DNA of 64,000 nt from the human T2T-CHM13v2.0 reference genome, Homo sapiens. The position numbers were made by a program, and so were the translations under genes. How positions within the stretch are numbered: the stretch's first letter is position 1; each line of letters starts with the position of its first letter. The stretch lies in the NCBI RefSeq assembly GCF_009914755.1, contig NC_060937.1. One strand, given 5' to 3'. Positions 53,611 to 64,000 of the stretch are shown here, piece after piece. The notes beneath the pieces were generated by a model. It was not told where the DNA came from. It made no database searches and saw only the letters and a program-made list of their open reading frames with translations.

Positions 53611-55864
53611 AATAACACTCCAATAAAATATTTTTTGTATGTATGTATGTATGTATGTTCAATATTACATGAACAGATATAGAAGAGATGAAAGATATAA
53701 GGCAGGTTAAAATATAATATATTTGCTTAGTCTATAACTAATAATTTTAACCAATTCCAAATATCTTATTCATTGGGTAGAAGATTTTGTGTACATACTT
53801 TTTTTAACTGAAATTTATTTTGAAGATTTGTACATAATTTTTACAAGTACGACTGAAAAAATAATGTCATTTTGTGGCTTTTGAAATTGAAGTAACAGAG
53901 ATAGGAGTTGTAGAAGAGGTGGGATCTTAGGAATTATGTGCCTGTAGATAATTTCTCCTTTTATTTAGTAACAATGCCAGTAGAAACAGAGGAATACAGA
54001 GGAATAAGGTGTTTTATACCAAGGGAAAAACAATGAAAAGCTATTTTAGGGCCAAATAAGTTGAAGTCCATTGAAGTAAATGCATATGAAGTCAACTAGA
54101 TATGTAGCTATTGAATCTGGTTTCTGCTACACACAAGAAGCATATTGTGAAATATGAAAGAATATATGAAATTAAAACAGTGAAACATTTTGCGTTATCA
54201 AACAGGAAACTGAACATAATTATTTATGAAAAAACAGCTACTTTATCATACAGGATTACTGAATAATATGAAATGTAACAATGTTTCTCTAACAATCATC
54301 TTAAATATTTCAAAATCACATTTCATGTTTTTATTTTTTTATTTTGGTTCTTGTCTAGGTTCTACCAGAAAAATTCCTTTGTCACTTGCATTTCTGTTTG
54401 TGACACAGTTTTTTTAATGGTTAAAAATTATACCCATTTCAAAGAGAAGGAAAACAAAGTGAGTTTGAAGCAAAACTAAGTCTACCTAATAAATCATTGT
54501 GTTATCAATGCCTAAAGTACCTGAAAGGATAACTAATATTCTTCACAATTTCATAAACAGTCTCTACCCTTCTTTGAAAATGTTTTTTATAAAGCAAGGC
54601 AATAAATTAAAAGAAAATATTGTATTTACTGTGCTGTTTTTGATAGTTCCACAAATATTAGAATATTTTTATTGATATTAATATATTAGTATTATGACTA
54701 TATTTAGATTTAAATATACTTGTGTAATTGATCTACAGACTTATGTACTTGTGTAATTGGTCTACAGATGTAACATTTTGTATTTTTAATTCCTTGGAAA
54801 ATTTTCTGTACACTGAAAAGAACAACAATATTACTATAAAAATTAATTTATTTGTTTCTTGGCAGTGATTGTGATTTTTGCATTGTGTGTATTATGTGTG
54901 GTTTTTAGAAGTCCATTTCTCTTTTAAACATTTTAATATTTATGGTCAGCACTTTTCAGATTACCACACCTTAGCACTATTTAACAATTGGAATATTTAT
55001 TGATATTTAAAACCGTAAAATCCTACAGCAGCAAATTATGCAAACAATATTAAATAAGGAAAAATATGGTTCAAAGGAAATTAATCTATTGGAATATTAA
55101 AATGAAATGGAAGCCATGGAATGAGATTATGTGAGTTTCAGGTTTAATCTTTTTGAACATATGTGCAGGTTTTCACTGGAGGGCATTCCCCTTTCCCAGA
55201 AGTCTAGATCAACACAATAGGTTAAATCAACTGACCTCCTCATCCTAGTTTCCTCTAGGTGATTTTATTTTCTGCAGTATTCTATTTAACCTCTAATCTA
55301 TTTTTCAGAAACTCTTTAACCTTCTCCAATAAATTCACAAGCCTTTAGGGATATTTGGAGTTTGTTACTATTTGTTTTTAATTGATTGGTATTTTCTTTA
55401 AATTAAAAAAAAAAGAAGAGAAAACAAATTGGTGCGAGCACTCTTTACACAGTACATTGAGTGGTCAGTAAAGGTTAATTTTACTGTGTTCTGTACTAAC
55501 CAAATTGTTTTAAACTAAACTACTAATGAAATTTGTTGATAGAATTTGAAGTCACATTATCAACTGAGAAGAAGAAATCAGGATATTAGGCTGGAGTAAT
55601 AATAAGCAATAAGGGTAAAGAGAAATTTAGAATTTATAGCTGCAATTTTAAATAGAGATGATGTATAAGATGAGATCACAGAAAGAGTAGATTGCTAAAT
55701 GGAAGAAATAAATGAATGTTGTTTTTCGAAGTGCAATTTTTACAACAACTACTACCAATCTTTTGTGCTACTGCATAGAAGAAAACGTTCTTACAATTTT
55801 CAAATATAAGCATTTATAACAATCTATCAGATAATTTTGTCAATTTAAAAAGGCCTAAAACATG

Positions 55865-55870
55865 GGCCTA

Positions 55871-55907
<37 letters not shown>

Positions 55908-56015
55908 TATTATAGTATATATACACTATACTATATATATATACACTATACTATATATATACACTATACTATATAGAGAGGCCTATATATATATATATAT
56001 ATATGCACATATTAT
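55865..56015. repeat. Complex (TA)n / TATACAC low-complexity repeat
   Basis: Two GGCCTATA..(TA)n..GCACATATTAT units flanking three TATACACTATACTATA(TA)n units. Confidence 0.9.
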
Positions 56016-56720
56016 TCTATTAAGAAAACAAAACAAAAAAAAGAAAATATCATCTATTGGTTGCTACTTAATGGTGAAATGATAGAATGCATTCCAAAAG
56101 ATAAGTTTTATAAAGAGAAACTTATACGGGTAAGGAAATGATCACACAAAAAATTATGACCTGTTTGCATTTAGTTTGTAATACATAGAACTATTGCAGT
56201 CCTTTGTTAAATTTAACTTTCATAGACTGTCATCAACTACAAGCTCTTCAAAGGGTGTTGTCTCATGATTAGTGTGCCTGACATATAATAAACTCTAAAT
56301 AAATATGTGCTAAATGAGTTCACATTGTAACTATTGTTGCCATAGTAGTGAAACAGAATGGCTTAAAATAATAGCATGGGCTTAGGTTTTTTGTTTTGTT
56401 ATATTTTGTTTATGCTATAGTTTCTTGCAAGAAGGTAAAACACCTGTAAGATATCAGACATTTAGAAAATTACTACATGAGATGAAATTATTAATTGTAA
56501 TTAAAATCATGTGTTAGAACATATTTCATTTAAAACAAATCTTTTGAGATATATATATATATACACACATATATGTATAATTTTCAAGAGACATTAATCT
56601 CATTTGAAATGCAATGAATTTCTTTATATAACTAAGTTTTCCAATTAGGATTTATATTGAGAACCAGTACAGCTTTCCAATTATATATGCATTATAAATG
56701 TGTGTTTAGAAAATTGATAT

Positions 56721-57892
56721 TGTCACGGGATATTTGATGTGTCACTTCACCAGCCGGAAACCTCTGTGGCTGTCGGTGCCTTTGCCCAAGTTTTGCTCAG
56801 GCCCCATGAGCTCATTCCACCCACCAGGCCTGGCAGGCTGGGTTTGGCTCACACTACTGGCCCAAATCTCACGCCTGTAAGGGTGAGTAAGGTGCAGAGC
56901 GGTGATGGGTATGTGAGCAAGCAAGCAAGCACAAGATCTAGCCATTGTGCCTAGCCAGGCATGCCAGCTGCAGTGGGGTGGGAAGCCCCAGGCACCAGCA
57001 TGGACGTTGGCTTACTGTGAGGCTATTGGACCAGACTTACCACAAGCAGCTTCCACGACTGGCACCGGGGAAAGCCGAGGTGCCCAGAAGCTTGGAGACG
57101 CCAGGAACCACAGAGCCCCAGAAAGGGTGTCACAGTCTTGGCTCTCCGATCTCCTAAGTCTGGGTTTGCCGAAGGGTCGCAGATCTTCTCTCCTTTCTTC
57201 CCTCCCTCTTGTCATCCACAATGTGGCGAGCAAGGGGCATGTTTCAATCCTGTTTGTGTTACAGCTATTTTAGCTCCACCATACCGGCAAGTCCCAAGTT
57301 CTTGTCCTGTGTCCAGGATGAATGAGGTAAGGCAGACAAATGGAGGGCGAGTAAGCAGAAGAAGACCTTTACTGAGCGACAGAACAGCTCAGAGGAGACC
57401 CAGAGTGAACAGCTGGTTTCCATAGGCAGGGCGTCCCAGTGAGTGTTCAGCTCTCAGCAGAGACGAAGCCCACAGTGGGTAGCTCCTCTCTGCAGCTGGT
57501 AAGTCCTGATGTCTGCTTAGCTCTCAACAGAGAGGAGACTCTGGAGTGCGTAAGGGGCAGGAGGCAGAGGGCCCTCCCAGCTCCCAAGAGCACAGAGACT
57601 TCCGGGACCACAGCCATGGCTGGGCAGCTGCAGCTGCACCCAGAAGGGAGAGGATCTGCTCCTGCTCGCTCTGATCCCCAAGCACAGGGATGCCTGGCTC
57701 CAGGGCTGCGGCTCGGTGGCCACAACAGCAGCCAGGGAACAGGAGGCTCCCGTCCTGCCAACTCACAAGGAGGCAGGGTTTTCACCTATTCCCAGCTCCC
57801 ACCAGCTCTGTGGAGTGCACAGCCCTAGCTACACGTCTCACACTGATGGCGTCACGGCAGTGGCTGGTCCAGATGGGCTGCCGCTGCCATCA
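56721..57892 (-). mobile_element. MER52-family LTR (3' LTR, internally deleted)
   Basis: TGTCACGGGAT...CAGCCGGAAACCTCTGTGGC... ends GCTGCCGCTGCCATCA; preceded by ATAT. Confidence 0.85.
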
Positions 57893-58480
<588 letters not shown>

Positions 58481-58578
58481 TGGAGGAACTCTGCAGTGGG
58501 TAGCTCCTCTCTGGAGCTGGTAGTCCCAAAGTCTGCTCAGTTCTCAGCAGAGCAGAAACCACGGAGTGGCTAGCTCCC

Positions 58579-59859
58579 TGTGTCCGGAATTGGTGGGTTC
58601 TTGGTCTCACTGACTTCAAGAATGAAGCTGCCGACCCTCAAGGTGAGTGTTACAGTTCTTAAAGGTGGCGTGTCCGGAGTTTGTTCCTTCTGATGTTCAG
58701 ATCTGTTTGGAGTTTCTTCCTTTTGGTGGGTTCGTGGTCTTGCTGGCTCAGGAGCGAAGCTGCGGACCTTCGCGGTGAGTGTTACAGCTCTTAAGGCGGC
58801 GCGTCTGGAGTTGTTAGTTCCTCCCTGTGGGTTCGTGGTCTCGCTGGCTTCAGGAGTGAAGCTGCAGACCTTCGCGGTGAGTGTTACAGCTCTTAAGGTG
58901 GCGCGTCTGGAGTTGTTCCTTCCTTCCAGTGGGTTCGTGGTCTCGCTGACTTCAGGAGTGAAGCTGCAGACGTTCCCGGTGAGTGTTACAGCTCATAAAG
59001 GCAGTGTGGACCCAAAGAGAGTGAGCAGCAGCAAGTATTGCAAAGAGCGAAAGAACAAAGCTTCCACAGTGTGGAAGGGGACCCCAGGGGGTTGCTACTG
59101 CTGGCTCGGGCAGCCTGCGTTTATTCTCTTATCTGGCCCCACCCACATCCTGCTGATTGGTAGAGCTGAGTGGTCCGTTTTGACAGGGCACTGATTGGTG
59201 TATTTACAATCCCTTAGCTAGACATAAAGGTTCTCCACGTCCCCACCAGACTCAGGAGCCCAGCTGGCTTCACCCAGTGGATCCTGCACCTGGGCTGCAG
59301 GGGTAGCTGCCTTCCACTCCCGTGCCGTGCGCCCGCACTCCTCATCCCTTGAGTGGTCGATGGGACTGGGCGCCGTGGATCAGGGGACGGACGGCACTCG
59401 TCGGGGAGGCTGGGCCGCACAGGAGCCCACGGACGGAGGGGAGGCTCAGGCATGGCGGGCTGCAGGTCCCGAGCCCTGCCCCATGGGAAGGCAGCTAAGG
59501 CCCGGAGAGAAATTGAGCACAGCAGCTGCTGGCCCAGGTGCTAAGCCCCTCACTGCCCGGGGCCGGTGGGGCCGGCCGGCCGCTCCAAGTGCGGGGTCCG
59601 CCAAGCCCACACCCACCCGGAACTCGCGCTGGCCCGCAAGCACCGCGCGCAGCCCCGGTTCCCGCCCGCGCCTCTCCCTCCACACCTCCTCGCAAGCTGA
59701 GGGAGCCGGCTCCGGCCTTGGCCAGCCCAGAAAGGGGCTCCCACAGTGCAGCGGCAGGCTGAAGGGCTCCTCAAGTGCCGCCAAATTGGGAGCCCAGGCA
59801 GAGGAGGTGCCGAGAACGAGCGAGGGCTGTGAGGACTGCCATCACGCTGTCACCTCTCA
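58579..59859 (-). mobile_element. LTR12 (C/D-type, ERV9) solo LTR
   Basis: Termini TGTGTCCGGAATTGGTGGG and CACGCTGTCACCTCTCA; 102-bp repeats starting at 58775, 58877 and 58979; GC-rich U3; TSD TCCC/TGCC. Confidence 0.95.
59095..59225 (-). promoter_or_regulatory. LTR12 core promoter: two NF-Y CCAAT boxes, CACCC box, GATA site, AATAAA/TATA-like box
   Basis: CTGATTGG at about 59153 and 59191; CCCCACCC 59137-59144; TTATCT 59129-59134; TTTATT 59120-59125. Activity is not shown by sequence alone. Confidence 0.6.
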
Positions 59860-60700
59860 TGCCTTCCACAGCTGGTAGTCCAGACTCTACTCAGCTCTCA
59901 GCAGAGGAGAGCCTGGAGTGAGTAGCAACTCTCCGCAGCTGGTAGCCCGGAAGTCTCTCCATGGGCAGGTGGTCTAGTTGTCTCCTTGAGTCTGGCTAGT
60001 TCCGAGGGGTTTTATGAGTTCAGAGGGAAGGAAGTGCATGCTGATTGGTTCATGGGAGGCCATAGACAGGCCCACAGAAAGCGTCATAAGTTCACATCCT
60101 TGTCCATCAGCCCAGCCCTCAGGCTTCACGCCATCCTTGGCTTGAAGGTGAGGCTTCAAAGGGGACCTGATTCTTTTCACCCTGGAGTTTATCTACCTCC
60201 TGCCATTGCCTAGGTTGTTTGTGCTGAGTGGTATCTGCAAGCCAGTGCCAGGTTGCCCTCAGCCCCCTCTGTCAGACTCCCTCCTGTGGTTGTCGGTGCC
60301 CAAAGTCTGAAGGGGGCAGAGGCGGCAAGGGGCGGGCATGTCAATGCTGTCTTGAGCACACGCACAGCCGGCCAGGTCGTGACAGCGCCTGGGCTCAGCC
60401 TATATTCTGCTCCAAGATCAGAGTGGGTGCTGGGAACGGAGAGAGGCCAGACAGCCGGAGCAGGCACTGCCAAACCTACGGGGGCAGGGGGGATTCTAGG
60501 CCCCTGAAAACACAGAGACACCCCGGCCAGTAGCTGTGGCCTGGGCTGCAGCTGCGCCCGGAAGGGCGGGGCTCCTGTCCGGGCTGGGCTCCTGACTGTT
60601 CCTGGCCCCCAGGAGCACAGAGATGCCTGGGTCCCGAGCCTCGGCTGGGCGGCCGCAGCTTTGCCCGGGGAGCAGGAGGCTCCTGCCGTGCCAACTCGAA
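59270..60700. promoter_or_regulatory. LTR-derived CpG/GC-rich island
   Basis: Dense CG dinucleotides, strongest at 59320-59830 and again at 60330-60700, in an otherwise CpG-depleted AT-rich window. Confidence 0.6.
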
Positions 60701-61661
60701 GGAGACAGGGATTCCACCTTTTCCCAGTTTTTGCCAGCTCCCTGGAGCACAGCCCTGGCTGAGCCTGCCCCACTGCAGCCGGCATCATGGCAGTGGCTGC
60801 TCAAGACAGGATGCTGATGCCATCAATATTTTTCACAAGGTAAGATTTTCTCAATGTTAAAATTTATGTTGATTAAATACTTGTATAACTATAAATTAAC
60901 TAGAAAATGGGCGATGTGTTTGCTCCTGCATCAAAAAATTTAAAGCATTAAAACTGTGTTAAAGTGCACCTACCTTACGTAAAATAAATTATGATTCCCG
61001 GTTGTATGCCCCTACTTTTCTGGCTTTGTCCAATTTTGAGTTTAAGTTCAATGGACTTAACATTTTTAAGGGGATTAACATTATTTTAAGATTTATTTTG
61101 AACAATAAGTAGTACACAGTTTTCAAAATTACATAAAGTTGAATGCAGTTCTGATAATGCAACCTTATAGGCAGTTTAAACTTGGAATAAATTATAGTCC
61201 TAAATAAAGATTATGTTCTATAAATCAAGAACGTTTTCCAGAATATTTCTAGAATACAAGGTATTGACAACTGTTCCAAACTGCTATATATATATATATA
61301 TGTTTCTAGGGAGATGAGTATATGGGACTATCAGTAATTTCCCTTCATACCTAGTATGATAACATTAAAATGTATATCATATTTCAGTTTTTAAAAAATG
61401 TATATTTTTTGCAAGTATTAATTATTTTCCTTAACCCTCAAAACAGTTAAGAAATCTAACTTCATGTAAAATTTCTGTTTATTTTCTTTGTGGTAACTAC
61501 AAAATGGCAATCCTGAACCTGGGTCCACTGGATATTATAGATTCATATGTCTGATATTTATACCTTCCTAGGGAATAATCTTAAAAGTCTTTTCTGTATG
61601 TCAGACTATAATTAAGAACTTTTGATCACCTAGATTTCAGAATGAAAGTGAAAGCCAATAA

Positions 61662-61969
<308 letters not shown>

Positions 61970-62344
61970 TGACACATGCTTTGATGTGACATGACTAATA
62001 TCATTATAGATCCGATTTTTGAATACATATAATTATGTATCTTTGCTGTAAAATATATTTAAAACTGTAAATTAATCTCTTTTAGTACTGAAAGTTTTTG
62101 TGAGAAGAAAGGATTGCTGATTAGGAGGTGATATGGTGGTTGAATTAAGTGCCTTACATGCTGGTAATATTCTACTTCTTTTCCTGGATGGAGGTTGAAT
62201 GGTTATATGATCTTTGTAAAAATCATCCAACTGTATAATTATAAATTTCTATTTATAAATTTTTATCAAAATAATTATTGAACTTGTGGAAAAATTTGCT
62301 TTACAGTTTTCTTTCTCATGATTTTTATCTTTTAAATTTTCCAG

Positions 62345-63265
62345 GCAGTTTTTAAAAGTATTCATTATTTTTAGAGCAGTTTTAAGTTCATGGAAAAACA
62401 GAGAGAAAGGCACAGAGATTTCACATGTTCTCTCTGTCCCCACACATGCATAACTTCCCCCATTATCAACATCCTCCACCAGAGTGGTATATTTATAACA
62501 ATTGATGAACCTACATTGACACATTATAATTACCCAAAGTTCATACTGGTTTGGACAAATGTATAATGACATATTTCCATCATTATAGTATATAAAGAGT
62601 ATTTTTACTGCCCTAAACATTTCCTGTGTTCCCCCTATTCATCCTTCCCTTCCCTGCACCTCTAGCAAACACTAAACTTTTTAATGTCTCCATATTTTTA
62701 CCTTTTCCAGAATGTTATATATTTGGACTCATACAGTATATGGTCTTTTCATATTGGCTTTTATGGCTTGGCAATATGTATTTAAGTTTTCCGTATGTCT
62801 TTTCATGGTTTGACAGCCAATTTACTTTTAGTGCTAAATAACATTCCATTGTCTAGGTATATACCACACTTTATGTATCGGTTGCCTTACTGAGTGTCTT
62901 GGTTGCTTCCAAGTTTTGGCAATTATGAGTTAAGCTGCTATAAACATCTATGTGCAGGTTTTTGTGTGAACATAAGTTTTCAACTCTTTGAGCAAACATC
63001 AAGGACTATGACTACTGGATTGTGTGCTAATGATATGTTTAGTTTTGTAAGAAGCCACTAAACTGTTCTCCAAAGTAGGAGATTTCTGTAGATTCCATAT
63101 ATTAGCAATGAGAGTTCCTCTCCCTCCAAGTTCTCACCAGGATTTGTTGTCAGTATTTTGAATTCTGGCCATTCTAAAAGGTATGTGGTGGTCTTCCATT
63201 GTTGTCTTAAATTCCATTTCCCTAATGACATATGATGTGGAGTATCTTTTTATATGCCTACTGTT
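62345..63265 (-). mobile_element. L1MC1/2-type 3' end
   Basis: TTTTTAGAGCAGTTTTAAGTTCA...CCCCATTATCAACATCC.CCACCAGAGTGGTA...GATGAACCTACATTGACAC. Confidence 0.85.
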
Positions 63266-63277
63266 TTTTAAGCTTCG

Positions 63278-64000
63278 CCTTTTATTTTAGTTACTTGGGG
63301 TACCCATGCAGGTTTGTTATATGGGATTATAGTGTGATGCTAACATTTGGAGTATGATTCCGATCACACAGATGTGAACATAGTACCTGATAGGTAGTTA
63401 TTTAACTCACTCCCCCCAAACCTTTAGTAGTTTGTAGTCTCTATTGTTTTCATATTTATATCCATATGTGCTCAATTTTAGCTTCTACTTATAAGTGAAA
63501 ACATGCAGTATTTGTCTTTCTGTTCCTGTGTTACATTACGACTTCCAGCTGTTAAAATTATGGCTTTCTTTTCCTGTGTAATATTATGGCTTTCAGCTCT
63601 ATCCATGTTGCTAAAAAAATATGATTTCATTGTTTTTTATGACTGCATAGTATTCCATGGCATATATGTACTACAATTTCTTTATCCAATCTACCATCGA
63701 TGGGCACCTGGGTTGATACTATGTCTTTGCTATTGTGAGTAGCACAGCAATGGACATATGAGTGCATATGTCTTTTTGGTTGAATGATTTATTTTCCTTT
63801 GGGTGTATACCCAGTAATGGTATTGCTGGGTCAAATAATAAGTATGTTTTAAGTTCTTTGGAAAATCTCCAGACTGCTTTCCACATAGGCAGGACTAATT
63901 TACATCCCCACCAACAGTACGTAAACATTCCCTTGCCTCCACAACCTTGGCAGCATCTGTTGTTTTTTGACCTTTTAGTAATGGCGATTCTTACTGATGT
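63278..64000 (-). mobile_element. Older primate L1 (L1PA15/16- or L1PB-like) 3' end, running off the window
   Basis: ORF 63719-63928 gives the L1 ORF2 C-terminus (CWWGCKLVLPMWKAVWRF..DPAIPLLGIHPKE); L1PA-type 3' UTR. Confidence 0.88.

Larger units (their letters stand above)
58481..60825 (-). mobile_element. Second MER52-family LTR (5' LTR lacking the R/U5 side), interrupted by LTR12
   Basis: GTGGGTAGCTCCTCTCT..AGCTGGT repeats on both sides of the LTR12; GGGGTTTTATG and CTGATTGG (antisense TATA/CCAAT) at about 60007-60048; ends GATGCCATCA followed by ATAT. Confidence 0.8.

Noticed and set aside
58643-59000. Regularly spaced 102-bp repeats that might suggest a CRISPR-like array
   Set aside because: Whole-unit tandem repeats of the LTR12 U5 region with no unique spacers, in primate DNA with no cas genes.
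63719-63928. ORF with clear L1 ORF2 similarity
   Set aside because: Short remnant of a decayed L1, annotated as a mobile element rather than a CDS.

Overview
AT-rich, gene-poor primate nuclear DNA (Alu, THE1, LTR12 and L1PA elements point to human or another ape). I find no credible protein-coding exon, RNA gene or prokaryotic-type system. Nearly all listed ORFs are chance ORFs or read through Alu, LTR, L1 or microsatellite sequence. The window is a layered record of transposable elements: old L2, MIR, L1M, MLT, hAT and Tigger fossils; about nine Alu/FRAM/FLAM copies; a short young L1PA 3' end; several ERV solo LTRs; and a truncated MER61-type provirus (34.1-36.8 kb). A nested, CpG-rich compound ERV lies at 56.7-60.8 kb (two MER52 LTRs, deleted internal region, inserted Alu and LTR12). 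The most notable items are a perfect 25-bp-stem hairpin at 21314-21369, the MER52/LTR12 compound locus, and a 131-bp tandem duplication across an Alu-Alu junction. Repeat family names come from recalled consensus sequences, not a database search, so subfamily labels and the boundaries of old elements are approximate.
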